64,000 nt of DNA from Candidatus Levyibacteriota bacterium (GCA_052034235.1 JBPOIT010000011.1:37756-101755); one strand, 5' to 3'. Positions 47,951 through 58,158 are shown, numbered from the stretch's first letter. Notes: generated by a model not told the origin, from the letters alone. Made by a program: numbers and translations.

Positions 47951-48751
47951 TTATTTGAGTGAGCGAAGTTTCTTGGTAAGTCGCTCTTGCACATCTGTTA
48001 AAGGCGCAAGCGAAACATGTGCAGCTTCTTTCTCATCTTCATAATAATCAAACGGATTATCAAGATCTTTAATAAGTGCAATCATGTACAGCATCAAAAA
48101 TGTGGCAATACCGACAAAAAAGACAGACTCATAAAATGGATCAAACTTCGCAAGAAGGAAGCCCAACGTTAAGAGAAATGTTGTGATTTCAGCAATGGCA
48201 TAGCCAACTGATACAAAATTAGTTTCACGGATTGTTCTCACTCGTATAATCATATTGCGAAGAGCATGTTGTTCTTGTTTGAGACGAACAATAAAGTTAG
48301 GCTGAGTTAATTTTTCGAAAGCTAAATAATAGGTATTCAAACCATTAAGTTGGTCAAAAAGTTGATTAGTATGTGCTTTTTTATAAAACCATTTATGTAG
48401 AGTACCGAGAAATTCGTTGAGATGTATGAGCGCAGCTTTTGCTTCTTTTGCCTTTTTATTTTTATAGGTAATCTCCATTTCATCACTGATTGTTTCAATA
48501 CTTGCTGCAAGCTGTCCAGGAAGACGTTCACTTTCTTTATAATCTGATAATGTGCCGGCTAAGAGAAAACCTAAGAGAAAAACATTCGCTGAAATAATAC
48601 TATTAAAAAGCGAGCTTAGTGAAATAATTTCCCATCCAAGTTCATGAACAACTAATTTCAAAACGAGAATAATGATAATAAGCGGCAAAATTTTAATTGC
48701 TAAAGTCCATTTTCGCGCGATAATATTTTTCATAATGATTTCGGTTTCCAC
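47951..48751 (-). CDS. Hypothetical 4-TM membrane protein (possibly bestrophin/UPF0187-like, weak)
   Basis: 266 aa, two TM pairs separated by a soluble helical region. The DLDNPFDYYEDE acidic motif lies after the last TM. Confidence 0.5.
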   Translation of the reverse strand: METEIIMKNIIARKWTLAIKILPLIIIILVLKLVVHELGWEIISLSSLFNSIISANVFLLGFLLAGTLSDYKESERLPGQLAASIETISDEMEITYKNKKAKEAKAALIHLNEFLGTLHKWFYKKAHTNQLFDQLNGLNTYYLAFEKLTQPNFIVRLKQEQHALRNMIIRVRTIRETNFVSVGYAIAEITTFLLTLGFLLAKFDPFYESVFFVGIATFLMLYMIALIKDLDNPFDYYEDEKEAAHVSLAPLTDVQERLTKKLRSLK

Positions 48752-49047
48752 AGTGACAAAGTAAGATCTACTTTATCGTTGTGAAATTTCACTCCTTCCT
48801 TTTGCAGTATCTGCTTCTTTGTCACTATTCCCTCCCCTGCTGAATAACCAGTTAAATTTCCATTTGAAGCGACTACTCTGTGACACGGAATGATTTTCAT
48901 ATTAGGATTTGTCTTCATACACATCCCCACAGCGCGGGCAGCGCCAGGACTTCCAGCTAAAGCAGCGAGTTGTCCATATGTTACTACTTTACCTTGGGGA
49001 ATTTGTTTTGCAATGTTGTAGACACGATCTCTAAACGTAGATTGCAT
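48730..49047 (-). CDS. Methylated-DNA-[protein]-cysteine S-methyltransferase DNA-binding/active-site domain protein (MGMT family, short form)
   Basis: YGQLAALAGSPGAARAVGMCMKTNPNMKIIPCHRVV contains the PCHRV active site. The start is trimmed to MQSTFRDRVY. Confidence 0.8.
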   Translation of the reverse strand: MQSTFRDRVYNIAKQIPQGKVVTYGQLAALAGSPGAARAVGMCMKTNPNMKIIPCHRVVASNGNLTGYSAGEGIVTKKQILQKEGVKFHNDKVDLTLSLWKPKSL

Positions 49048-49095
49048 GCAAGTATTGTAAAATAACACCTTACATAATGCAACCCAAAAACCGAG

Positions 49096-49572
49096 CTATT
49101 TTAAACTAATAACTGTGTAAACTTTTTTACCTGCAGGGATTTCCATAACAACTTCATCACCAACTTTTTTGTTGGTAACAGCTTTGCCAAGTGGTGAGAG
49201 TAAAGAAATTTTACCTGCTGAAGGATCTGCTTCCCAATCTCCTACTATTTCATAAACTCGTTCTCTCTCCCCATCAGAAAGCGTCACTGTTTTTCCAATC
49301 TCAACAACTGGATCAGCACTGCTTTCAATAATTTGTGCATATTTCAGAGCATACTCCGTCCTACGAATTTGACCATCGATAAAATTGAGTTTTTGACGTG
49401 ATGCTTTGTAATACCCATTTTCACTCAAATCCCCCATCTCGCGAGCTTTTTTGAGTTCTGAAACAGCATGAGGCCGCTGGTCAATCAAATCAGCATGCTC
49501 TTTTTTAAGTTTCTCAAATCCTTCCTGCGTAAATCGTATTGGGTCTGGTTGTAGCCTAACTGCTTTTTTCAT
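49096..49572 (-). CDS. greA: Transcription elongation factor GreA
   Basis: 158 aa. N-terminal coiled coil with EMGDLSENGYYKASRQKL (the conserved D..EN..Y motif). C-terminal FKBP-like domain. Confidence 0.95.
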   Translation of the reverse strand: MKKAVRLQPDPIRFTQEGFEKLKKEHADLIDQRPHAVSELKKAREMGDLSENGYYKASRQKLNFIDGQIRRTEYALKYAQIIESSADPVVEIGKTVTLSDGERERVYEIVGDWEADPSAGKISLLSPLGKAVTNKKVGDEVVMEIPAGKKVYTVISLK

Positions 49573-49574
49573 AA

Positions 49575-50453
49575 TTAAAAATTTTTAATTCGCTCTATAA
49601 AGGAAATCACTTTCCCAATTTTTGTCTTCTGGCGTATAGTATACGCTATTGCATCTTGAATTTGTGGAAGCATTTCCTGAGCAGCTTGCTCCCCAGCTTC
49701 AATAATCGTTTTAGCCTTATCGTTACTGAAAAAATAATTCCATCCCAAGAATCCTACTTGAAGCACATCTTTTGGAGAGATAACAACGTCCGCAGTTTTA
49801 ACTGCATGCAAAGCCAAATTATGCCGCAATATATTTATCGAATAAACAGGTATTTTTGAAAGTGGTGGAATCACCGATAATTCATTTTCATAATACACAG
49901 TATCCAAATTCACTGCAATGACAATATCAGCACCCATGCTCCTTACAATATCACCAGGAACTGGGTTTGAAAGTCCACCATCTGAAAGCAATCTTTTATG
50001 AAATATCACGGGTTGAAAAAAAGCTGGAGCTGAGATACTAACACGAATTGCTTTTACGAGATCGCCGTCACTCAAAACTACAGCCTCCGCAGTATTTAAA
50101 TCAGTGGCAACTGCCGCATAAGGAATTTTAAGATCTTCAAATTTTGCACCCTCAAGAATTTCTTTTATAAACTCTTCAGCTTTTTTACCTTTAATTAGTC
50201 CACCTTTCCAAGTCGGATCAAACAGCTGAAAACCCTTACTTCTATTAAAGCCAAGGATCAGCTCTTCCAATTTTTTCGTATTCCGATGAGCTGCATAATG
50301 AGCACCTATAAGTGAGCCAATGCTTGATCCTGCAATGTAATCAATGGGTATGTTGTTTTCCTCCAGAGTTTTAAGAACGCCAATGTGTGCAAGTCCTTTT
50401 GCTCCACCGCTCCCCAACGCTAAACCTATTTTTGGTAACAAACTAATAGCCAT
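49575..50453 (-). CDS. Patatin-like phospholipase
   Basis: LALGSGGAKGLAHIGVLK (oxyanion GGxK/R), GSSIGSLIG (GxSxG) and a downstream DGG. Start chosen at MAISLLPKIG. Confidence 0.85.
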   Translation of the reverse strand: MAISLLPKIGLALGSGGAKGLAHIGVLKTLEENNIPIDYIAGSSIGSLIGAHYAAHRNTKKLEELILGFNRSKGFQLFDPTWKGGLIKGKKAEEFIKEILEGAKFEDLKIPYAAVATDLNTAEAVVLSDGDLVKAIRVSISAPAFFQPVIFHKRLLSDGGLSNPVPGDIVRSMGADIVIAVNLDTVYYENELSVIPPLSKIPVYSINILRHNLALHAVKTADVVISPKDVLQVGFLGWNYFFSNDKAKTIIEAGEQAAQEMLPQIQDAIAYTIRQKTKIGKVISFIERIKNF

Positions 50454-50515
50454 ATTTTTATTATACTCTTTTAGTAACCGCTGCAAAGTAGACAGGGCGT
50501 GCTATAATAACTCAT

Positions 50516-51349
50516 ATGATAAACGTACTGAAAACATTTGTGCTCCTAGGAATACTAAGCGTTATTTTTATCACTATCGGTGGCTATTTTGGTGGGAGAA
50601 GCGGTATTTATACAGCGTTTTTCTTCTCGCTTCTGATGAATGGAGGCATGTACTTTTTCTCAGACAAGCTGGCACTTAAAATGAGCGGTGCAAAACCTCT
50701 TGATCCGCATAAGTACAAAGATCTTTATACAATGATTGAGGAATTAACTCACAAAATGAAGCTACCGATGCCAAAGCTCTATATAACGCCGGAAAGACAA
50801 GCTAATGCATTTGCAACAGGTCGTGACCCATCACATGCATCAGTTGCTGTGACGCAAGGTATTCTTGATACGCTGTCTAAAGACGAACTTCGAGCGGTTC
50901 TCGCCCATGAAATGGGACACGTCAAAAATCGTGATATTCTTGTCGCCTCAGTCGCTGCTGTCTTAGCAAGCGCAATTTCGTTTATCGCCAATATGGCAAT
51001 GTGGGGAGGCTTTTCAAACAATAATGAAAATAGAGGAAGCGGTGCACTTGGTATTGTTGTTGCACTTCTTGTTCCTATTGCAGCATCTGTCATTCAAATG
51101 GCAATTTCCCGCCAACGAGAATACGGTGCAGATGAAACAGGTGCAAAAACCATTGGTGACGGTGAACCTCTCGCAAAAGCATTACTTGCAATTCATGACA
51201 CAACGAGACGCGCACCTATGAAAACCAACCCAGCATTTTCATCGCTCTACATTGATAACCCACTGGGTGGACTTGGCGGCAGTATGGTAAATCTCTTTTC
51301 GACCCATCCTCCAGTTGAGGAACGCGTTAAACGCTTAAGAAAAATATAA
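50516..51349 (+). CDS. htpX: Protease HtpX (M48 family zinc metalloprotease)
   Basis: TM pairs, VLAHEMGHVKNRD (HExxH) and a downstream EYGADE (the EAD motif region). Confidence 0.95.
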   Translation: MINVLKTFVLLGILSVIFITIGGYFGGRSGIYTAFFFSLLMNGGMYFFSDKLALKMSGAKPLDPHKYKDLYTMIEELTHKMKLPMPKLYITPERQANAFATGRDPSHASVAVTQGILDTLSKDELRAVLAHEMGHVKNRDILVASVAAVLASAISFIANMAMWGGFSNNNENRGSGALGIVVALLVPIAASVIQMAISRQREYGADETGAKTIGDGEPLAKALLAIHDTTRRAPMKTNPAFSSLYIDNPLGGLGGSMVNLFSTHPPVEERVKRLRKI

Positions 51350-51370
51350 TACAATTTCTCCTTTGAACTG

Positions 51371-51616
51371 CTAATACAGACTTGTAACAAAAAAGAAAAT
51401 TATAAGAACTACCGTAAAGAGGGCAGTAAAAATGCTTGCCTTGACTAGTACACTGATGTTTTTAGGGGGATGTATATCTGTATCTTCTCGAGAAGAAAAA
51501 ACACGTACCAAATATATCCAGTTATAAAAAACGATGATAAGAGCTATAAAAAGGGATATGAGTAAAACTGAAAATTTTATTCCTTGCGTTAATACTTCGC
51601 CATTTATTATATTCAT
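51371..51616 (-). CDS. Small hypothetical membrane protein (81 aa)
   Basis: Three hydrophobic segments. No motif recognised. Confidence 0.4.
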   Translation of the reverse strand: MNIINGEVLTQGIKFSVLLISLFIALIIVFYNWIYLVRVFSSREDTDIHPPKNISVLVKASIFTALFTVVLIIFFFVTSLY

Positions 51617-51693
51617 ACACGGTACTCCCTACCTGACTACATAAAGTCCAACGTTGATTGTGAACTCTCGCTCAAGTATCGTGTAACTCTTTT

Positions 51694-52314
51694 TTAACTT
51701 TTTGCCACACTCACATCTCGATTGTAAGATTTAAACCAAATTGGCTGAATGTTAACATTTTGTCTTTGTGAACTTCGATCAAGTAATTTCTGGGTTAAAA
51801 AGACTCCTAGTTTGTAAGATTTACTGATATCTCCAAAGACGAATTCTTCCTGATGTGTCGGTCTGTCAAAAGTCAGAACAACATCTCCCATATCAATCAG
51901 CTCATTTAAGAAACCGCTTCTCCTAAAATCTATCTGCGTGCAGTTAACTTGGTCTAGAAGAACGTCATTCATAACGTGTGAATAAAGCGGCGCATACCAT
52001 ACCTCAAGAATTTTTCTGCTCGTCAAAATGTAGAGATGGAAATGCCAATCCATAATGCTTTTGGTAATAAAGGTGAGCAGCAGACTAATAAAAAGCAGCA
52101 CTGTTGTAATAAACAGCGAAGGAGATGGGAATAATGTGGTGAAAAGAATTGCCGAGCAGAAAATCATCAGGCAGATAATAAATGTGATCAGTAATATAGG
52201 GAAGAAAATGGTGAATGGATGTTTTCGTTTGACGAGTAATAATTCTTCTCCATTAAGTGTAAGAAATTTGTCCCAGTTACCTTGTGTTATCATTGATTTT
52301 TCGTCGGTATCCAT
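51694..52314 (-). CDS. Bacterial PH-domain (YdbS/YdbT-like) membrane protein
   Basis: 2 TM, then KSIMDWHFHLYILTSRKILEV...FDRPTHQEEFVFGDI, typical of bPH_2. aaggagg lies 7 nt upstream of the ATG at 52314 (M12 of the track ORF). Confidence 0.6.
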   Translation of the reverse strand: MDTDEKSMITQGNWDKFLTLNGEELLLVKRKHPFTIFFPILLITFIICLMIFCSAILFTTLFPSPSLFITTVLLFISLLLTFITKSIMDWHFHLYILTSRKILEVWYAPLYSHVMNDVLLDQVNCTQIDFRRSGFLNELIDMGDVVLTFDRPTHQEEFVFGDISKSYKLGVFLTQKLLDRSSQRQNVNIQPIWFKSYNRDVSVAKS

Positions 52315-52533
52315 AACTGTTCCTCCTTTCTTTTTATGAGAAGTCAACTGCCTGGTCTTTTTGATATTCGCCTTGGTGCAGTTGACTTTAAGTTTATTTA
52401 TTCTGGCATCATTACTGTTTTGTCTAATTCATTTTCTTTTCTTTCATCGTATCAAGCATGCCGGAATTATATAAGGATTATATGAAGATATTGTGAGAAA
52501 GAGATAAGAAAAATATCCGTTTGGACTGGTATA

Positions 52534-52932
52534 TCAAGAAAATCGTTGTCGCAATTTGACAAAGGGGTTTAAAGAATGTCGCTGTTCTTCTGGATCATGT
52601 GCTTCTTCATCATATACTTGTCCCTCGTCACGTAACCGCAAATTTTCCAGTTCAAGCTGATGATTTCGCTCTTCGAGCTTGTGAATCTGTTCTTCTGCAC
52701 TGTGGATTCTCCCCTCGTTTCCTCGTAATCTCATTGATGTAGAAACAAACCCAACAATACTAATGAGCCAACTTACAAAGATACCGATCAGCATTGCACC
52801 TAAAACGACTGCATATAAAGGAATATCAAAAAAACCATATTGCCACAAAATAACCGACGTTGGTTGCGTATTTTGGGTAGCGAAAAAGGCTACGCCAACA
52901 CCGAATAGTATTAATATAAATAAACTAATCAT
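52534..52932 (-). CDS. LapA/YciS-like (DUF1049) inner-membrane protein with a C-terminal coiled coil
   Basis: Two N-terminal TM segments (ISLFILILFGVGVAFF, LYAVVLGAMLIGIFVSWLI), then a charged helix. Confidence 0.55.
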   Translation of the reverse strand: MISLFILILFGVGVAFFATQNTQPTSVILWQYGFFDIPLYAVVLGAMLIGIFVSWLISIVGFVSTSMRLRGNEGRIHSAEEQIHKLEERNHQLELENLRLRDEGQVYDEEAHDPEEQRHSLNPFVKLRQRFS

Positions 52933-53059
52933 ATGAATATATCTATTATGTGATATGTGTTTGAGAAATACTTGAGTATATCGTTAAAGAAGTGTAAGAA
53001 TATTTGCGTTAATATGCTTGTCAGCGCATATTAAAGTTGTTACACTTATATTACTGTCC

Positions 53060-54346
53060 ATGGGATACATTAAAAATTACGATTCTCTCGCAACAAGTGT
53101 GCAGCGTAAAATAGTTTTGGAACTCGTTGAAGCTGCATTTGCTTCGGTCGCGCCTCAAGAGGTCTTTAAGAATGGCTTTTCATTTGAAAACAAAATTCTT
53201 AAAATTCAGGATCAAACATTTGACCTAAATAAGTATGAGCGTGTGTTTCTTGTTGGATTTGGAAAAGGCAGTGCGGGAAATGCAAAAATGCTTGAAGATA
53301 AATTGGGTGATGTCATAACAGACGGTTGGGTCAATGATGTCGTTGAGGAGCAATTTGCCAAACTGCACGCTACAAAAGGCACCCACCCACTTCCCTCTCA
53401 GGAAAATTTTGATTTTACAAACACTGTTCTTGAAAAACTCACTGGCTTAACTGAAAAAGATTTTGTCATTCTTATCACTTGTGGAGGCGGTTCTGTGTTG
53501 TTTGAAGCACCTAACTCATTTACGCTTGAGCAAATGATTGCAGTTAACAAAGCACTTCTCCAATCAGGTGCAAACATCACTGAAATGAATGTGATCAGAA
53601 AACATCTCTCCAAAGTAAAAGGTGGAGGTCTCGCAAAACATTTGTACCCGGCAACCGTTGCCAACCTTATTTTCTCAGATGTACCGGGTAATGATTTGTC
53701 AGTTATCGCATCAGGTCCACTTGTGAAAGATAAATCATCACAAGAAGAAGCAACTGAAATTTATAAAAAATATAACCTCGAATCCTATCATGCTTTTACC
53801 CCAGCAGATTTTGTTGAAACACCCAAAGAAGATAAATATTTTGAGAAAACATCCAATATTCTTATGCTGAGTAATTTAACAGCCATCAACGCTATGGAAA
53901 AACTTATCAGGGAAAAAGGTTATACACCGTATGTTATGACTGACAGACTCCAAGGTGATGCACGAAAGCTTGGTGAGCAATTGATAAACGAAACGTTGCC
54001 TGGACATATTCTGGTCGCAGGTGGTGAATCAACAGTTAAAGTAACCGGTAAAGGATTGGGAGGCCGCAATCAGGAACTCGTTCTTAGTGCACTCCCCTTT
54101 ATCAAAGAAGGCACAGTTCTTGCAACATTTAGTACAGACGGTTGGGATTTTTATTGGTTCTGCGGAGCAATTGCAGATATGGAGACTATTAAAAAAGTGC
54201 AGGAAAAGGAAGTTGATGTAGAGTCTTACCTCGCTGATGATAACAGCTACGGTTTCTTCGAACACATCGGCGACGGTATCCAAACCGGCAAACAAGAATC
54301 AAACGTCTCAGATCTGTTTATCGTCCTCAAAGACGAACGTCCATAA
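53060..54346 (+). CDS. Glycerate 2-kinase, MOFRL family (DUF4147 plus MOFRL domains)
   Basis: VFLVGFGKGSAGNA, ILITCGGGSVLFE, KGGGLAKHL, and LVAGGESTVKVTGKGLGGRNQELVLS match the MOFRL signature. Start chosen at MGYIKNY (53060). Confidence 0.85.
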   Translation: MGYIKNYDSLATSVQRKIVLELVEAAFASVAPQEVFKNGFSFENKILKIQDQTFDLNKYERVFLVGFGKGSAGNAKMLEDKLGDVITDGWVNDVVEEQFAKLHATKGTHPLPSQENFDFTNTVLEKLTGLTEKDFVILITCGGGSVLFEAPNSFTLEQMIAVNKALLQSGANITEMNVIRKHLSKVKGGGLAKHLYPATVANLIFSDVPGNDLSVIASGPLVKDKSSQEEATEIYKKYNLESYHAFTPADFVETPKEDKYFEKTSNILMLSNLTAINAMEKLIREKGYTPYVMTDRLQGDARKLGEQLINETLPGHILVAGGESTVKVTGKGLGGRNQELVLSALPFIKEGTVLATFSTDGWDFYWFCGAIADMETIKKVQEKEVDVESYLADDNSYGFFEHIGDGIQTGKQESNVSDLFIVLKDERP

Positions 54347-54430
54347 TAGGCTACAAACGTTCTCTCCTCCACGATTTTTGTCATAGCGAAAAATATAGTC
54401 GGTGGTATAATAGTACTTCATTTTACTATT

Positions 54431-56260
54431 GTGAATTCTTTACAAGAGTTAACAAAACTCATCCGCTATTATATTTTGCTCTCAACTACTGAGGCAGGAT
54501 CTGGACATCCGACCTCATCCCTTTCTGCGGTCGAACTTATGACAGTACTCTTTTTTGACGGTATCCTCAAATATGACCTAAAGAATCCTGACAATCCGCT
54601 CAATGATAAAATTATCTTTTCCAAAGGCCATGCCTCCCCGCTTTTTTATGCACTTTTTGCTGCAGCTGGAAAAGTAACAGAAGATGAACTCAAAACCCTT
54701 AGAAAATTCGGGAGCAGACTTGAAGGTCATCCAACCCTTGCCTTTCCCTACACACTTACACCAACAGGATCGCTTGGACAAGGTCTATCCGTGGGAATTG
54801 GAACGGCACTTAACGCTAAATATTTAGACAAAACTATGTATAACACCTATGTACTGCTTGGTGATAGTGAAATTGCTGAAGGATCGGTTTGGGAAGCAAT
54901 ACAACTAGCAGCTCATTACAAACTAAACAATCTCATCGGTATTTTGGATGTGAACAGACTCGGACAAAGTACCCAAACACTCTATGGTCATGATGTAAAA
55001 ACTATCGCTAAAAAGGTCGAGGCATTCGGCTGGAACGTTATAACAATCGACGGTCATTCGATCCCTGAAATCCAAAAAGCATTTGCGAAAGCCAAAGAAT
55101 CAACAGACTCGCCTGTTATGATTGTTGCCAAAACATTTAAAGGCAACGGCGTCTCACTTGTCCAAAACAAAGATAATTGGCATGGCAAAGCACTAAACAA
55201 AGAACAATTTGAAGAAGCACTGAAAGAACTTGGAACTATTAATAAAGATCTCATAGGCAAAGTACTCAAACCAAAAACGACTTCCATTGCAAAACAAAAA
55301 AGTACACAAGTCCCCCAGCCTCATTATGAAAAGGGCATTAACGTTGCAACGCGCAAAGCGTATGGCGACGCCTTAACAAGGATTCTCCCACAATATCCTG
55401 AAGCCGTTGTGCTTGATGCGGAAACAAGCAATTCAACATATTCAGCAAAAGCACGTGATGTCGACCCAAACAGATATTTTGAAATCTATATAGCTGAGCA
55501 AAATATGGTAGGTATTGCGATAGGATTATCACGCGTCGGTAAGATACCATTTCTTTCAACTTTTGCTGCTTTCCTCTCGAGGGCTTTTGATCAAATTAGA
55601 ATGTCTCAATATGCAAACGCCAACATAAAAGTTGTAGGATCACATGCAGGAGTTTCAATCGGTGAAGACGGCGCCTCACAAATGGGACTTGAAGATATCA
55701 CGATGTTTCGAACACTCATTGGTAGTGTTGTTCTCTATCCGAGTGATGCAGTATCGTCTGAACGATTACTCGAAGAAGCAGCCAAACATACTGGGCTTGT
55801 TTACATTCGTGAAACTCGCAGCGAAACACCAGTTATTTATGACAATAATGAACTCTTCTCTATAGGCGGAAGTAAAACTTTGAAGAAAAGTCCTACAGAT
55901 GTCGTTACGGTAGTTTCTGCAGGTATCACCCTTCACGAAGCTCTCAAAGCATACGAAGAGCTTAAAGCGGAAGGTATTATAATACGTGTTATTGACCTTT
56001 ATAGTATTAAACCGCTTGATGAAAAAACACTGAAAAAAGCAGGTAAAGAAACCCAAGCACTCATCGTCGTTGAAGATCACTACGAAGCAGGAGGCATCGG
56101 TGAAGCAGTTGCGAGTGCACTTTCAGAAGAAGCAATTCCCGTCTATTCACTCGCAGTTCGCAAAATGCCAAGAAGCGGTAAACCGCTCGAACTCCTAGAC
56201 TACGAAGACATTTCAGCCCGCGCAATTGTTAAAAAAGTAAAAACTCTTCTGAAAAAATAA
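54431..56260 (+). CDS. tkt: Transketolase, single-polypeptide form (TPP-binding, pyrimidine-binding and C-terminal domains)
   Basis: 609 aa. GSGHPTSSLSAVELMTVLFF and GDSEIAEGSVWEA (TPP-binding). EQNMVGIAIGLS (Pyr domain). C-terminal domain present. Confidence 0.9.
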   Translation: MNSLQELTKLIRYYILLSTTEAGSGHPTSSLSAVELMTVLFFDGILKYDLKNPDNPLNDKIIFSKGHASPLFYALFAAAGKVTEDELKTLRKFGSRLEGHPTLAFPYTLTPTGSLGQGLSVGIGTALNAKYLDKTMYNTYVLLGDSEIAEGSVWEAIQLAAHYKLNNLIGILDVNRLGQSTQTLYGHDVKTIAKKVEAFGWNVITIDGHSIPEIQKAFAKAKESTDSPVMIVAKTFKGNGVSLVQNKDNWHGKALNKEQFEEALKELGTINKDLIGKVLKPKTTSIAKQKSTQVPQPHYEKGINVATRKAYGDALTRILPQYPEAVVLDAETSNSTYSAKARDVDPNRYFEIYIAEQNMVGIAIGLSRVGKIPFLSTFAAFLSRAFDQIRMSQYANANIKVVGSHAGVSIGEDGASQMGLEDITMFRTLIGSVVLYPSDAVSSERLLEEAAKHTGLVYIRETRSETPVIYDNNELFSIGGSKTLKKSPTDVVTVVSAGITLHEALKAYEELKAEGIIIRVIDLYSIKPLDEKTLKKAGKETQALIVVEDHYEAGGIGEAVASALSEEAIPVYSLAVRKMPRSGKPLELLDYEDISARAIVKKVKTLLKK

Positions 56261-56297
56261 CTTGACTCAAAACGAGTTTTCCCGCATGATAAGATAA

Positions 56298-57161
56298 GTG
56301 CTGCAAGATCTCTACGAAGACAAATTAAAAGACTTAGAAAAGAAAGCTGAAAAAGCTCGTGAACTGCTGATAAGTACATTACTTGAAGCTGGTTCAGGCC
56401 ATTCTGCCGGCCCACTAGGCATGGCTGATATTTTTACAGCTTTTTATTTTCATATCCTCAATCACGATCCGAAAAACCCGGAATGGGAAGATCGCGACCG
56501 ACTCATACTTTCCAACGGACATATATGCCCTATTCGATATGTTTCGATGGCGCAAGCTGGATATTTTCCAGTCGATGAACTTAAGACACTTAGAAAAATA
56601 AATTCACGCCTCCAAGGCCATCCTCATCGAACTGTTCTTGCAGGTCTTGAAACAACATCAGGCCCACTGGGGGAAGGATTGGGACAAGGTATCGGCATCG
56701 CGCTTGCTGCAAAGATGGACAACAAAAAATATTATACATACGTCATAACTGGAGACGGTGAGCTTAACGAAGGCAATATTTGGGAATCGGTTATGTTTGC
56801 AGGTAAAAATAAAATGAATAATCTCATCATGGTTGTAGACCGCAATAATATTCAAATAGACGGGTTTACTGAAGATGTTATGCCGCTAGAACCTTTGAAA
56901 GAAAAGTTTGAAGCATTTGGCTGGCATGTTTTGGAATCCGACGGCCAGAATATTAAACAATTCGTCGACGCAATCGCTGAGGCACATGCAATTTATGAGA
57001 AACCGACAGTCATTATTGCTCACACAATCCCTGGCTTCGGCGTTGATTTTATGGAGAAAGATTTCCATTGGCACGGCAAACCACCAAATGCCGAAGAAGC
57101 AAAGATTGCACTTGATGAATTGAGAACGCTTAAGGGAAAAATTGTTGGAGAACACAAATAA
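56298..57161 (+). CDS. Transketolase N-terminal (TPP-binding) subunit, split form
   Basis: 287 aa. AGSGHSAGPLGMADIFTAFYFHIL and ITGDGELNEGNIWESVMFAG are paralogous to the N-half of the preceding gene. Confidence 0.9.
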   Translation: MLQDLYEDKLKDLEKKAEKARELLISTLLEAGSGHSAGPLGMADIFTAFYFHILNHDPKNPEWEDRDRLILSNGHICPIRYVSMAQAGYFPVDELKTLRKINSRLQGHPHRTVLAGLETTSGPLGEGLGQGIGIALAAKMDNKKYYTYVITGDGELNEGNIWESVMFAGKNKMNNLIMVVDRNNIQIDGFTEDVMPLEPLKEKFEAFGWHVLESDGQNIKQFVDAIAEAHAIYEKPTVIIAHTIPGFGVDFMEKDFHWHGKPPNAEEAKIALDELRTLKGKIVGEHK

Positions 57162-57164
57162 TCT

Positions 57165-58157
57165 ATGCTTAACCCGAAACTTAAACTCAATCCTAAATTA
57201 TTTGATGAAAAAGTTGAAACTGCGCCAACTCGAGCTGGTTTTGGCACAGGGCTTTTGACATTGGGCGAAATTAATCCCAATGTCGTTGCGCTTTCTGCTG
57301 ATCTCACCGAATCAACACAAACCCATAAATTTGCAGAAAAATTTCCTGAACGATTTATCCAAACAGGAATTGGAGAGCAGAATATGGCAACCATTGCAGC
57401 AGGACTTGGGGTTACAGGAAAAGTTGCTTTTATCTCTTCTTACGCAACGTTCTCTCCTGGCAAAAATTGGGAAACACTCAGAACAACTGCTGTTTATAAC
57501 AGAGCCAATGTCAAAATTGCAGGCCATCATTCAGGTATTATGACTGGCCCTGACGGTGCAACGCATCAGGCTACTGAAGATATCGCCATCACCCGCTGCT
57601 GGCCTGATATTCACATTTATGTCCCCTGTGATAGCATTGAAGCTCACAAGGCAACTATTGCCGCAGCAGATATAGATACGCCAGTCTATCTACGGTATTC
57701 TAGAGATAAAACTCCTGTCATAACAACAGATAAAACACCGTTTGAAGTTGGCAAAATGCAGGAATTCTGGACACATGAAAGTCCCCAAGCAACGATCTTT
57801 GCAACCGGATATATGCTCTACTACGCACTCGTTGCAGCAAAGGAGCTCGAAGAAGAAGGATTCCCTGTGCTGGTTATTAATGTTGCGACAATCAAACCAC
57901 TTGATATGGATGGACTTATGCGTTTTACTGGGCATACGAGAGCTGTCGTCACCGTTGAAGATCATCAGGTAACAGGCGGACTTGGCAGTGCAATTGCCGA
58001 AGCTCTTGCAAAGACCAATCCCCTTCCGATAGAATTTATAGGCCTGCAAGATACATTTGCCGAATCCGGAACTCCAAAAGAGATTCTGGAAAAATATCAT
58101 ATGGATCCAAAGGCAATCAAAAAAGCTGTAAAAAAAGTTGTCGGACGGAAAAAATAA
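57165..58157 (+). CDS. Transketolase C-terminal (pyrimidine-binding) subunit, split form
   Basis: 330 aa. TRAGFGTGLLTLGEINPNVVALSADLTEST and GEQNMATIAAGLG. It starts 4 nt after the N-subunit stop. Confidence 0.9.
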   Translation: MLNPKLKLNPKLFDEKVETAPTRAGFGTGLLTLGEINPNVVALSADLTESTQTHKFAEKFPERFIQTGIGEQNMATIAAGLGVTGKVAFISSYATFSPGKNWETLRTTAVYNRANVKIAGHHSGIMTGPDGATHQATEDIAITRCWPDIHIYVPCDSIEAHKATIAAADIDTPVYLRYSRDKTPVITTDKTPFEVGKMQEFWTHESPQATIFATGYMLYYALVAAKELEEEGFPVLVINVATIKPLDMDGLMRFTGHTRAVVTVEDHQVTGGLGSAIAEALAKTNPLPIEFIGLQDTFAESGTPKEILEKYHMDPKAIKKAVKKVVGRKK

Positions 58158-58158
58158 T

